This document shows positions 22,815 to 35,779 of a stretch of 64,000 nucleotides of DNA, piece after piece. Position 1 is the stretch's first letter. Every line of letters starts with the position of its first letter. The DNA comes from Camelus dromedarius (Eukaryota), in the NCBI RefSeq assembly GCF_036321535.1, contig NC_087443.1:3038001-3102000 (forward strand), in the 5' to 3' direction. A model generated the notes under the pieces. It saw only the letters and a program-made list of their open reading frames with translations, made no database searches and was not told where the DNA came from. Position numbers and translations under genes: made by a program.

Positions 22815-25260
22815 TAAAACCAGGTTCCTCTGCCGGGTTTGCGATTAACCTCTCTACCCAAAACCTTGTTCCTCGTTTTATCCTGCCTCTGTTTCCCACA
22901 GGATCGAGGGGTATCCCCAAAAGGGAGGACTGAAACCACGCAGGACTCTCCCAGGTACATAAGCCCTTCCCTGTCCCTGTTTCTTGTTTGTAGAATAAAG
23001 GCTTTAGTCTCCTAGGCCTCCCTGAGTCCCACAGAGCGGGCTCAAGGCTAGAATAGATCCAGGACTGCCAGTTCCTCCTGAAGGGATACACAGAGCAATT
23101 GGAGGCACAGCTTTGAGCTGTTCTCCAGAAAGTGGGCCCCCACCCAGCAGAGGACGGGAGCTGCACTCTGGCCACCAGCATGTAGAGCCCAGATTGGCGG
23201 GAACCAGAAGGTTGAGATTCTTGAAACATCATCCTGTTACCTCACCACCAACCAATCAGAAAGTCCGCGAGCTGATCACACATCTTACGATCCTCTGTCC
23301 TAAAACCGTCTTTGAAAAGCTTTGTCTTGAGCGCCACCGTAGAGCCGGGTCTTTGGAGCACAAGGTGCCTGTCCTGGCTCGGCCCGGCCACAAACCTTTC
23401 TCTGCTCCAGACTCCAGTGTTGCTGTTGGTTTGGTCTTGCTGTGCACCAGGCACGCAAACTTGGGTTCGGCAGCAGTTTCTGGGGCACCAGCCGGCAGCC
23501 TGTGCCCGCGGCAGGTTGGCCCTGGCTGGGGGCTGCCCCTTCCCTGGGTCCCAGCAGCTGCTGGGGTCGTTTTGCTCCGAGGAACCCTGAGGCGGAATAT
23601 CCTGATGTCTGGTCAGCCTCCGGTTCCAGCTCGGGTGAGTCAGTCCGGCCACACAGGCTGGGACTCCCCCCTCTATCCGGGCTCATGCCCTTGCGGGAAG
23701 GGGGCCTGTCTGGACCATTCCCTTCGGGAGCCGAGCTAGTCTGATTCAGAGGCCTCGGCTCGGAGGGGGAGTGGAAGTGCCGGGCTCTGCCCGTCCGGCC
23801 TTCGGTCTGTGCGGCCGTGTCTGTTGGTGGTGCATTCGTGTGTCACCATCAGTTCTTGCGTTTTTGACAAAGTGGAAGTCTTCCCGGGTCCTGGAGGCTG
23901 AGCAGGACAGCCGATCCTTACAGGCCTCAGTGAGACCATCTGTGTCTCTTCCTGGTTGTGACCCTCGTTAGGGGGCCCTGGTGGGACTTTCCTAGGAGGA
24001 TCCTGGCAACTTGAATTATTTGTAGTGGGGGGGGGGGGGGTCGGGGCGCCAGCTCAGTACCTGCAGAACCTGCGTGTGCACTGCTAAACTACCCGCTGGG
24101 AGAACTCACGCAGCAACTGTCTAGAGAAGGGAACTTCCAGTGAGCTAAGAGGAGCCGAATCTGTCTCCAGCAGCCCTATTACAGGCCTCTGGGCAGCTGG
24201 GGACAGAGCCTCACCCGAGAGCTGAGGCTGTGAGCAAGCAGACATCGGTCCTCCCAGGGGCCCATTAGGGTGCATCCTGGGTCTGGAAACTCTGTGACTG
24301 CCCCACCAATGCAAGAACAACTTACTTCCTTCTGTAAAACTGTCTGGCCACGACACCAGCTAGGTGACCAGGAGAAACAGCCAGAAAGCGGCTCCCTAAA
24401 TTACACCACCAGGCTCCAGCTAGACTCACTCTGCGGGAGAGGAGAGACGTGAGAGTCCCCGCGCCCAGTGTTTTATGGTCCTGGACCAGGGCCAGGGGCT
24501 CCAGGAGGAATGCAGGCTTAAGTGTACTTGGTGGTCTAACTGGGAGAGGAAGACCATACTCCCCGTTTTGAAAGGACCCCCTGAAGACCCCTTCAATTTC
24601 CCTTTGCCGCCCGTGCTCCCAGTAATTACGGCCAACTTCCAAAGATGGCAGGAGGGCCTGACACCCCCGCCTCCCAGCTGGTTGAAGGGGTCTTTCGGGT
24701 TTTCAAGAACCAAGATGTGGCAGAAGAAGAAAAGAAGGCCAGAAGATGAGGAAGCAGGCTGCCCTGTTTGCAGTGGGGCTGGGGGCCACCCCAGGCAGCC
24801 CCGGAGGAGAGAATAAGAAACGTCATGGGTGAGCGCCCTCTGCCCCCAACGTGGGACACACGGGCCACCAGCCGAGCTGGGACCTCATCAGTGCACTTAC
24901 TGTGAGGAAGCGGGGATGCCATCACTGTCCCCAGAGGGCAAGGCCTGCGCCAAACCCCTTCCTTTCAGCTCCCGCTCCTCAGCTGGTCCTCAAAACATCC
25001 CCCCGGCCTCCCCTGACGAGCCCCGGGTTACCTTAGAAGCAGGAGGAGAGCCGGGGGAACTGGGGGTAGAGAGCAGCTACCCACCACGTTCCCGGTGTTA
25101 ACAACCCGAAGGGGCCTCCTCTCCAAGAGGTAATGCGACATCAAAGAGGTGTCAGGAATGGAAGGTACCAGGAAATCTCACCTGAAGATGCCCCAGACCA
25201 GACTCACTTGTTGACCTAAAGCTGCTTCTGCACACGGCACACCCACACGGGTCCACAGCA
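22815..25260 (+). mobile_element. ERV1 (gamma-like) provirus remnant: 5' LTR, PBS, leader, gag MA, deleted 3' end
   Basis: The LTR ends ttgggttcggcagca at 23475. A PBS-like tggggcaccagccggcag lies at 23481-23498 (13/18 match to a tRNA-Arg-type PBS). gag-like PLGCIL...FCKTVWPRHQLGDQEKQPESGSLNYTTRLQLDSLC...QCFMVL lies at 24262-24483. Outer boundaries are approximate. Confidence 0.75.
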
Positions 25261-26029
25261 CCCGGACCTGGGGCAGGGCCTAATGCAGTTCACCTCCGGC
25301 CACTCCTCCGAGGCTGGGAAAGGGGGCTGTTTTAGCTAGGGCTCGGAAACCAGCACCGAGAGTCGAGGAAAAGGAAAAAACGGGAATACGTTCCAAACAG
25401 AAAACACACTAAAAGCTCAGAAAAATACCTTGATGGGACAGAGATTAGTGATTTACCTGATAAAGAGGCGTAAATACGCTTACCATGCATGGATGAAATA
25501 AAAATCCACATTCTAAGGCCAGAGAAGAAAAAATGTAAAAGCGATTTCTCTGCCCGCTTGGGCCCCTCCCTCCCCTCGAGTGTGCACTGTGCGTGTGTAC
25601 TGTGGTTAACCAACCCCCATGGCCACCTCCGGGCACCGGCGTGTAGCTCCCTCGAAGGTCACGTTCCTTCCTCAGTCCTGTCCAGTGTCACACCGACCCC
25701 TCACCCACTGTTTACACGCAGACATCTCTGGTGACCTTTGTGTGCAATGCCCACATACCATCTCCCTTAAGGACAGCCGTGGGTACCGAGCCGCCCGGCC
25801 AGAAGCTGCAGGGAGCTTGCGGGCTGCACCTGATGGAAGTTCGTAGCTTAACTACTTACTTACTACGGCCTTAGTGATGTCGCTAGCTGTGTACTAGCAT
25901 TCTGCCTGTTTTACAGGTTATTGTTTCTTGCATTACCAAGTGTGTGACTGAGCCTCAGATGAATTAATGATGATCAGCTGACTTGAAATGACTGCCCAAA
26001 TATGTATTTCTGTAAAGCCAATGATTGTA

Positions 26030-26744
26030 ATGGTGAAACTCGGGTTTGGGAAAAAGCAACAAGACGAAACCGTTTCCTGGACCATGACAGGCTGGTAGCA
26101 TGGGCGGCCCAGAGGCGTCTGGTCTCTGTTAACAGCGCCTAGTCCAGGAGCAGCGCAGTGAGTGCCCACCACTGAAATCCTTGGCGGACCTGGGAGTGAG
26201 CATTCCTAGCCCCGTGGGACCAACTGGTCACCCAGTGCCTCCCAAACCTCAGTGGAAATGAAGACCCAAGGCGAAGGGACTGTACGTGTCGCCCACCTCC
26301 CAGTGCTACAAGGGTCAGGCCATCAGCCGCTGCGGGCGCTGCCCCAGACGCACCGTGCAAGGCGTTCAGGGTGAAGATCGGGGGGAGGCCTCTGTGCTCT
26401 GGGAAAACGGACAGAACAGGCCCTCGGAGAGGTAGGTATTTTCAGAAATTTTTTATAAACCTGGATCCTTGCCTCCTGCCATACTTAGAAAAGCACGAAG
26501 ACCATGAAGTGAAGTGTCTGCTCCTCGTGGCTGGCAGCCTCTTTCTGCTTAGACGTGTGCTTGGTCGCACACACCGCTTTGCCAAACTCACGTATGTACT
26601 GCTCACCCCCGACCACCTCTTCAGAGCAGCGCTCAGAGCTCCGAGGGGCTGTCTCTTGGGTGATGAGCCTCAGTTGGTCTCAGGTCCGATTTTCCGTTTC
26701 TTTCTTTCTTTGATTGTTGGTCAAGGGCTCTTTTGTTGCCGACA
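26030..26744 (+). mobile_element. Solo ERV1-type LTR (start approximate)
   Basis: aagggtcaggccatcagccgc...catacttagaaaagcac...cagagc..gctgtctc..., ending gttgccgaCA. L1 ORF1 resumes immediately after. Confidence 0.6.
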
Positions 26745-27274
26745 TTTGCAAGGAGCACAGTGCGGGAACAAAGTGAGAATTTCAACAAAGAGAAAGAAAA
26801 CACAAGAAGGCGCCAAACAGAAATCACAGAGCTGGAGAATGAATGAGATGAATGAAGACAATCAAAACTGAACTGAAAAATGCAGTAAAGGGCTCCGCAG
26901 CAGACGAGATGAAGCGGTGAACTCAGAGACAGGAAGGCGGCGGAATTCATCCAGCCAGAGCAGGGAAGGAATAGAGAACGGGACTGAGGAGGGCACCAGG
27001 GGCTCGTGGGAAACGTCCAGCAACCAAGATCTGCCTTAGAGGGACCCAGCGGAGAAGAGAGAGAAAAAGGGGCGAAGACGTCCCTGACCTGGGGAAGAAA
27101 ACGGAAGTCCAGATCCGAATGCCCAGAGAGGAACCCACACCAAGGATGCGTCACAATTAAACTCAAAAGGTAAAGAGGAACCACAGAGTCAAGGTTTAGC
27201 AGAGTGGGGAGGAGAGCAACTCAGTGGCTTCACATTTGGGGATTGAAACTATTCGAAGTTTTTTTCTGGAAGTG

Positions 27275-27813
27275 TTTTTTTCTTTAATTTCTTTTTTTTT
27301 TAATTGAAGTCTAGTCAGTTTACAATGTTGTGTCCATTTCTGGTGCACAGCATCATGTTTCAGTCATCCATGGACATACATGTGTTCCTTTTCATATCCT
27401 TTTTAGCCACAGGTCACTTCAAGATATTGAATAGAGTTCCCTGTGCTGTACAGTAGGACTTTTTGTTGTTTATCTATTTTATGTAGTAGTTTGTATCTGC
27501 AAATCCCAAACTCCCAATTTATCCCTTCCCACCCCCTTTCCCCACTGGTAACCATAAGTTTGTTTTCTATGTCTTCAGTCTGTTTCTGTTTTGTAAATAA
27601 GTTCATTTGTGTCTGGTTTTTTTTAGATTCCACATATAAGTGATATCACATGGTATTTTTTTTCTCTTTTTCTGGCTTACTTCACTTAGAATGATGATCT
27701 CCAGGTCCATCCATGTTGCTACAAATGGCATTATTTTATTCTTTTTTGTGGAGAGTAGTATTCTGTTGTGTAAATACACCGTGGCTTCTTTATCCAGCCA
27801 TCTGCCGGTGGAC
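27275..27813 (-). mobile_element. 5'-truncated L1 3' end
   Basis: Poly-T then the same L1 3'UTR family (ttgaagtctagtcagtttacaatg...ttagattccacatataagtgatatc). Confidence 0.9.
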
Positions 27814-28989
27814 GTGGTGGCGGTTTAGATTATCCATGTTACTCTTTCCTCGCTGATGACCCTTCAGCTATTTCCAGGGTGTCCCAAATTGGAGGCAAAA
27901 TGCCCCCATTTGTTTCTACTCTGTCCAGTTCTTGGACAGCTCTATTACCTATATCAGGATAACACTCCATAATCTACGAAGCCACAGCATTTCAAATACC
28001 ACAGGCTGAAAGCCTTTGCAATGAGGACGACCCACTGAGAAGCAGCGGCAGTCGGGGGGTGTGCAGAGGGGGATATCAGGGCTGCGGTCAAAGGGAAGCA
28101 GAAGAGGTTTCGGACTGAGCACAAACTGGTATTCTGGAGCTTCACACACACAGCATCAATGCAAACAGTATTTATCAGCTGTTTCCCCCAGATTATGGCC
28201 CAGTTTTAAACTCCACCGTTTAAAAAGCTGCTACATGTGTGGATACAAAATACACACACTTGAACCTACACTGAACTGGGAAGGCGGTGCCACTAATTTT
28301 GCCGTGTGTTATGTGACCTAAACAGAAAAACACATCCTGCCCTGTTGGGGACACTGGGTTGCAACTCAGCTATTGGAGACAAATTAAATAATACAGTGTG
28401 TCCTTTGAGACCAAAAGGACTGGGAGACTGCTTGAGACCGGGCTGCGATATTCCTGCTCCCGTGCCGAGCTTGCGTCTCCTCTCACGGGCAAAGCTAATG
28501 AGAAGCGAGTTTAGGGGAGGGCGTTTCGTGGCAAAGTTTGGCTCAGGCCCAAAGTGAATTAAACTGGTCTTACTAAAACTTCTGAAGACTGCTAACAGTC
28601 AGTCATTCTTTCATTCTCAGATTTTAATTTTGCCAAAAGAGCTTTTTAAAAAGTCACTGGAATCTGGTTTCAAGCATTAAGAGAAAAAGACCATCTTTTC
28701 TGAGACTTCAGGGAAAACTTATAACGTTCGCCCCTGTTGGGGTGATCTAAATACAGATGGTTAGTTAGCTAACTTCATCCTGTGCTTTCTAGAGACAATA
28801 CTGTATGTACAGAGTAGCATTTTATTACAAGTAAAATCTCCTCATGGGTATTCCTAGCTGGATGAGAATGAAACATCTATTTTATATTTAAGGGTGGTCT
28901 GGAGAACACCCTTGTGAGATCTGATGCCTCCCAGCCTGGAGCTGAGACTGAAAGAACAGGGCCTTCCACACCTTTCTAGCCTGTGCATC

Positions 28990-29520
28990 TGTTCCCAAGT
29001 CCAAACTCGTTCTGCTCGCCACACGGCAGGCCAATAATCGGGAGACGAGGTGTTGGGACAAGGAATAGCGACTATTCGGAAAGCCGGCAGACTGAGAGGA
29101 TGGCAGACTAAGGTCCTGGAGAACCATCTTCCCCAAGTCAGAATTCAGGCTCCTTTTACACTAAAAAGGGGAGGGGGTGTGGTTGGTTGTTGCAAGTCTC
29201 TTGGTGTAGGAATTCTTTGTTCTTGGAATCCTTTGTTCTTGCAGCTGTCCACGTGGGTCAGGTCACGGTGTCCCTGTAAACCTCCAGCAAAACAGACGGT
29301 ATTTTCTCCTCTGCAACTTATCTTTGTATGAATGGAAAAGTGTGAATATCCTTAAAGGTCAGAGCCTTGAGAATGGGCTCTCCTGTGTATTTCAGGCTCC
29401 AGGCAACATTCTTTTACAAAAGGTGCAGAACCAGCAGGACTGAGCCCAGGAAGCAGAGCACAGGGTCAAAGCCAAAGGGACAGATTTAATAGGGAGTCAG
29501 ATTAGTTCTTTTCTATCACA
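28990..29520 (-). mobile_element. Solo ERV1-type LTR (531 bp)
   Basis: TG...CA termini (tgttccc.../...ctatcaca); flanks catc/gatc are a near-perfect 4-bp TSD. Confidence 0.75.
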
Positions 29521-29985
29521 GATCTTTATACACAAACATCGTTCTCTGGTCCTGGGTGCAGGCGTCATTCACAGAGCCCGCTGCAGTTCTGCCTCAGAGG
29601 TACATGTGTACACTGGTGCCCCCGAGTGGGCCGTCCTCGTGCCCATTGCTCTCTGTAAACTGGCAGTCTCTTTTCTACCGCATTTCTGAATGTTAAATTT
29701 CTTTCAGCTATTACAATTGACTATTTTGAATACGCTCAATGTTGGGAAATCTTTCTCCCATGAACGTATATGCGTTTTGAAAACAAAGTCATTCAGAGCT
29801 GAATCTGATAAATAAAATATGTGATAATTGTTTTAGTCAAAAACAAAGTACAATTACAAGGTGGTAAAAAAAAAAAAAAGTGTGATTCTGCAGGTAGTTC
29901 CAAAAGAGGAAATTCTGAATGTTTTGAGCAACTTATTACAGTATCATTGGAATAGGGTCAATTAGGTATATGCTGGGAAAGAAAG

Positions 29986-30080
29986 ATGAATGGATGAGTG
30001 GATGGATGGATGGATGAGTGGATGGAAGGATGGATTGGTGGATGGAAGGATGGATGGATGGGTAGGTGGACAGATGGACG
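29986..30080. repeat. (GGAT)n imperfect microsatellite
   Basis: atgaatggatgagtggatggatggatggatg... Confidence 0.95.
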
Positions 30081-31719
30081 GACACTGTATGTCTCATTTG
30101 TTTGTTTCTTTGTTTTTAAGAAAACTTCCTAACTCAAAACAAACTACTGAGTCCTACGTTACTTTCCTTGTCTTTGGATAACATCTTTCACAGGGCCTGA
30201 AGCCCACACTTGGGTTATCTTCACTTACATTTCCTCAAGCTTCTTCTTTGCTAAGAAACTCCCTACCTTGGTGTGAACTTACTTGACTTCCCCTGAGGAG
30301 TCTCTTTCTTTCTTGTCCTCTGTTTCAGTAGATCACAGTTCCTCCATGTTTATCCCAGGATAATTATTATACAAATATAAAAATAGGATAAGAATGACAG
30401 GGCTGTGTACACATGTCCATCCAGGGATCACAACAGTTCCTTGCAGATCCACCCAAAATGGCTCAGTTAGACCCCCGTTTAAGGCCCCAAACATAGTTAT
30501 CACTCAAGAGATGAATTGTGCCGTAAGTAATGAGTCTCTCTCAATCTGAAAACCCTTGTATTTTCTCTGTGCAATAAATCATTCCATATCAGACAGTATT
30601 TTTGCAGTTTTTAATGATCACTCTATCAACTGATCCTTGAAAACTCGTTATCCAGGAAAAATGTTCAAAAGCCAAGGCTTTCTGTAATTCTTCCTCTAAG
30701 TGGAACCAGTCATACACCAAACTGCCCTTGCCACATTCTTAAAAATATTTAAAATTAAGCAGATTAATAAGCACACAGTTTTTCTTGATGTCCCACTAAA
30801 CATAAGGTCCCATTTAATGTTTTTTGAGCCTCTACAACATACCAGACACAAATGTTTATGAGATGGGCTCTTAAAGAACTCATAGCATGGTGGAAAGAGA
30901 GGTGATTTTTTCTTTTTAATTGTGACACTATGAAGTATGTTTCATAATATAGGTTTTATAGGTCAGACTAAAATGAGAAGCGGAGGAGCAAACGGGTCCA
31001 GTTTCCCAAAGATGCTAGTGATTTAGCCAAATCTTAAAGAAAACAGAAATTTACTAGACTTGGGCCAGGGCAGAAGGAAACCAGCATTGCCAGGACTCAA
31101 AGGTGTAAGAAAGCAAGTGGTGGAAGCGGTCAGTATGTCGGGGACACACATGAAAGTCAGGGAATGGGGGGAAATTAAACTGAAAAGACAGGCCAAGAAC
31201 TGCTTCTGCCCACCTTGGGGAAACTGGGCTCAGACTCACCCTGCCGTCCGAAACAACTGGAAACTGGAGGTGATGTGCCAAACAACACAGCCTGGGTCTG
31301 TGAGCCCTGAGAAGGAGGCTACAAACTAAGTGAATCCTGCCGCTGCCTCAGCTTTCTGCCTGGGGGCGCTACAAGCCACAGTGCAGAAGGGCACCCTAAG
31401 AGTGAGGAAGTCTTGCTGAGGTGAGGATCTGTGGTTAGAGCTAAGGAGGCTGAGAAACTGGAATCTGTGGCACAGAGCACCCTAAGTTTTCTGCCCAGAC
31501 AAAGAGAACCAGGTTCCTGTCTGTGGAGCCCCGGGAGCCTCTGGCTGAACGCTAAGTCACTTGTGCCGAAGATAAAACACCACAGGTCCAAGCAAAGAAT
31601 GTCCAGAGCTCCCAGGGGGCTGGGGTACACTTGAGCTCCAGCCAATCCGAGGGGAAGAGTTCACTGAACACACAGGCATCCAACTGAGACCTCAGAAGAA
31701 TCATACCATAGTAAGAAGG

Positions 31720-33385
31720 CTAAGCTCATCCTAAAGTAAAGGCTACAGTCCTTCAAAATAAGTATCCGAAGTATCAGACTGATTCATAACTAACTGAGCT
31801 GCCTGCCAGGACCAAGGCTACTCTTTACATCAACAAAATCTAGGCACACAACAGGCATTTACAATGTCTAGCATCCAATTAAAAATGACTAGACATGGCA
31901 AGAAATAAGATATTGTGACCCAAAACAGTAGAAAACTCATTTGATGGAAACAGAATAAGAAAAGAAAGAATGGAATTCACAGAGTAGGATAATAAAATAC
32001 CTATTATAAACATGCTCAATATGGTCAGGATTAAAGAAAGACAACTCTAATGAGAAAAATGGAAGACGATGGAACTTCTAGAGATAAACATATGATATCT
32101 GAAATGAAACAGTTTTTTTAGATTTTATGACTTATTTCTACATTTTTTCCAGTTTTATTGAGATATAACTCACAACAAACAACCCAATCAAGAAATGGGC
32201 AGAAGACTTAAATCTCTCAACAGAAAACATATAGATGGCCAATAGGCACATGGAAAGATGCTCAACATTGCTAATTATCAGAGAAATGCAAATCAAAACC
32301 ACAATGAGGTATCACCTCACACCACTCAGAATGCCCATCATCAGAAAGTCTACAAATAATAACTGGCAGAGAGGGTGTGGAGGAAAGGGAACCCTCCTTT
32401 GGTGGGAATGTAAGCTGGTGCAGCCGCTCTGGAGGGCAACATGGAGATTCCTCAAAGAACTAAAAATAGAACCACCATAGAATCTAGCATTTCCATTCCT
32501 GGGCACATATGCAAAGAAAATGAAAACACTAATTTGAAAAGATACAAGCACCCCAACGTTCATAGCAGCATTATTTACAGTTCCAAGACATGGAAGAAAC
32601 CTAAGTGTCTATCAACAGGTGACTGGACAAAGATGTGGTGTGTATATTTATACACACACACACACAATGGAATACTACTCAGCCATAAACAGTATGAAAT
32701 TTTGCCATTTGCAACAAAAAGAATGGACCTGGAAAGTATTATGCTTAGTGAAATAAAGCACACAGAGAAAGATAAATATGTTATCAGTTTTATGTGGAAT
32801 CTAAAAAATGAATGAATATAACAAAACAAACAGATCCACAGATACAGAGAACAATCTAGTGGTTACCGGTGGGGAGAGGAAGTGAGTGAGGGGTATGGGG
32901 TTGAGATACAAACTACTATATATAAAATAAATACATGACAAGGATATATTGTGCAGTACAGGGAACATAGCCTTATTTATAATTTTAAATGGGGCATAAT
33001 CTATAAAAACTTTGAATCGGTATATTGTACACCTAAAACTTATATTGTAAATCAACTATACCTCAATTTTAAAAAGAGACAGGGAAAAAGGAATAAACAA
33101 TAATAGGACACATAGAAAACAAATAGCAAGATTGTAGTTTTAAACCCAACCATATGATAATTACATAAGAAGTAAATGACCTAAGCACTCCAGTGAAAAG
33201 GCTCAGTTTGTCAGGCTGAATAAAAAAAGCAAGATCCAACTCTATGGTGTCTACAAGAATAGAGAATCCCACTTTAAGAATAAAGATACAAAAAATTCAA
33301 CATAAAAGAATGGAAAAAAGATGAATCATGCAAACACCGATCTGCGAAGCCTGCAGTGGCTGTATGGGTATCAGACAAGGACATG
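31720..33385 (+). mobile_element. Old L1 ORF1/ORF2-start fragments with a nested younger L1 3' segment (32171-33070)
   Basis: 32171-33070 encodes the L1 ORF2 C-terminus ([30 protein letters not shown]) plus 3'UTR and an A-rich tail. 33085-33385 resembles the endonuclease start (aagcaagatccaactctatggtgtctacaagaa). Confidence 0.75.
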
Positions 33386-33439
33386 AGAACCAGGGACAAA
33401 GGAAGGGGAATGGATGTCCGGGGTCTGCAGCCAGGTGTC

Positions 33440-34424
33440 AGGTGATTGCTACTGCTGAAACAAAATTTACAGGCAGGACAAGGAAATTTAAATAAAATTT
33501 TCTCTGTCTGTTTGGCCTTCCTCCCTTCCTCCCTAATGAGCAGTGTGCATCTGCATTACACATTAACCAGACCTTCTCAAAGACGGGAGGGTCTCCTTAA
33601 ATGTAAATTTTTCCCCCTTTCTTCTGACTCTATCAGTGTAACTTATTAAAAGAACAGCGTTGACCCCAGCACTGTAGGGGGTCACGGTGACTTTCTGCAT
33701 TGTAGGGGCTTACCTGGACTATGTATGCTTGGTGAACTTTGGGTAAAATATCAGTATGTCATTTTGATGTATGAAATGTTACAGAAACAACAGGCCAGCC
33801 AAGAAACAAGCACCAGTCGGAGGGTTGGAGTACTCAGATGTATTACGCCGGCAGCTCAGAGGGGCTTCTGCTCCGAAGCTCTGAGCACCTCCAAGACGCG
33901 CGCATGAGGTTTTATAAGGTAAAGTACAAGCTTGGGGTATTCGGCTAATAGGCATGGGACAGCTTTAGCAGCATCATTATCACAAAAGTGGAGGCAGGGA
34001 GGCAGCAAACCAACATTCCAAAGCCAGATATGTCTCTTTGAAAATCCAGCTGGCTAGCAAAAAAAAAAAAAAAAAAAAAAAAATGAACAGCAAACCAATA
34101 CTAATTAACTTAGATTTACGAGTTAGTCCAGCAGAACTCAGATCAATATTCCGATACTTAGATTTGTGAGTTATCTTGTTAGCCCAGCCCAAGGTTTCTT
34201 TCACATTCTTAGACTTGTGAGTCATCTTGTTAGCCCAGCCCGGCTTTTCCTTCACAGATCTTTTGTCTCGAAAATGTATACGAGTGTGCCTTCGACTTGC
34301 AACAGGTGGAACAGTTCTCAGAGCTTCTGAGTCTGTCTCCTGGGTTACAATCCTCCATTTGGCTGGAATAAAATTCCCTTTTTTTTCCTTCTTAGCTTGA
34401 TTGTTAATTGAATTTTCATCAACA
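33440..34424 (+). mobile_element. ERV1 LTR interrupted by an antisense LTR (33777-34256)
   Basis: The outer LTR ends ...gaataaaattcc...ttcatcaaCA. The inner element runs tgttacag...cttcaca and holds a poly-A run (34059-34083) and a 51-bp tandem duplication. Outer start is approximate. Confidence 0.6.
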
Positions 34425-34466
34425 CAGCAGTCTTGGGTGATGGACAGAAATGGACAGAATGAGAAT

Positions 34467-34608
34467 CACCTGGAGGGCTTAAACCACCCATGGCTGGGCC
34501 CCACCCCAAGAGTGTCTGTTCAGTAGGGCTGGGATGGGTCCTAGAATTTGCATATCTAGCAAGTTTCCAGGTGATGCTGCCACAACTGGTCTTGGGATTC
34601 ACTCTGGA
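34467..34608 (+). mobile_element. MER5A-like hAT/Charlie fragment
   Basis: ctgggccccacccc...agtagggctgggatggg..agaatttgcatatctagcaagtttccaggtgatgctg. Confidence 0.7.
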
Positions 34609-35779
34609 TTAAACAGACCCTCTTCTTCCTCTTTAAAATGGACATAATCCTTCCTTGAGGGATATGGTAACAAATTACAAAAATAAAGTAAGGAGATGAG
34701 GATCCTGGAAGGGTAGATACTGATTTCCCATACAACTGACTAATTGAGATTGATTGAGATGGGGGTTGGGATAAAACAGAAACCAGGGTTCTCCCTTAAT
34801 CAACCAGCTGGGGAGTGGCCCGATTGAGTCAGGAGGTACAGGCGAAATGGATCTGGGAGTGGAAATAAGGAGCCCAGTTTGGATTTGCTGACTTTTAAAT
34901 GCAGAACTCACAAATCTGTCTCACTGTTTAAAAACGGTGCAGGTGCAGTGGGTATTTACTGGCCGAATCATTTCACCATAGTTCAACTCCTGCCTTAAAC
35001 GGGCACTTCTGAGCTGTGAAAAAAACCTGTGTGAGATGTTGGCTGGCCCCAGGTGGGCTCTTCTGAACTCTGTATTTGCATTCTATCAGACACTGGGAGT
35101 CTTGGAAGGTGAACATTTGTCTGGGGCACATGTCAAGTCAGTGGGGATCAGCGATCTAAGAAACAAGTGATCCTTGTGTCATATGGCTGCTGAGTGTGGG
35201 TGAGGACGGCGAACGCAGATTTTCAAGAACTGTTTGTCAGCCACGATTTTGTTGTTCTTATAAAGGAATTAATATTGGCCTCCTTTCCTACCAATCTTGC
35301 TAACACGGCTTGATGTCTTACTGTAGCTTTCCTATTCCAAAGGTTTTGTATTATTTTACCAGGAGCTGGAAAATGGATGGGGCTTAAGCTGTTTTTCCCT
35401 AAAGGAGAAAGACTACAATAACTGAGAAGGTTTAAATATCTCTATCGCAAAACGCTTACAGTTCTAAAGAAATTAGTCGCTGCCAAGGATTTCCCCGCGG
35501 AAGCAGTTGCTGCTCTGCAGGAACACTGGGACTGTGTTCCCGCGCCCCTCGTGGCAGCTGGGGATGAGAGCTCGAGCCTCGCTCCCGCTCCCAAAGGGCT
35601 GGGACGGCTCTGCGGTCCCCTCGTTCCCGTTACTTAGCAACGTGTGCGTTAAGCTGCCCCCAGTCCGCGGAGACAATGCCCTGTGCATTTTTACGGCTAT
35701 TAAGCATTTCTCCATTCACTGCCCACCTTGGGGGTGGGGTGGGGCATATATTTTGTATTCTTTGGTGATGGAGGGGAAC

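Larger units (their letters stand above)
21600..27190 (+). mobile_element. Old L1 5'UTR-ORF1 remnant, interrupted by ERV1 (22815-25260) and an LTR (~26030-26744)
   Basis: L1M-type 5'UTR motifs (gtttgaaccccacatc..., tttaaaagctgctgcctg). ORF1 start region gttccaaac...gtgatttacctgataaagag at ~25390-25470 resumes at 26745 (gaacaaagtgagaatttcaacaaagag). Confidence 0.65.

Noticed and set aside
24010-24040. attattttgtagtggggg resembles the U1 snRNA Sm site and 3' stem
   Set aside because: Short match inside the ERV leader next to a G run; no other U1 sequence nearby.
32235-32815. ORFs of 81 and 124 aa with clear protein-like sequence
   Set aside because: Frameshifted L1 ORF2 C-terminus, already covered by the L1 feature.
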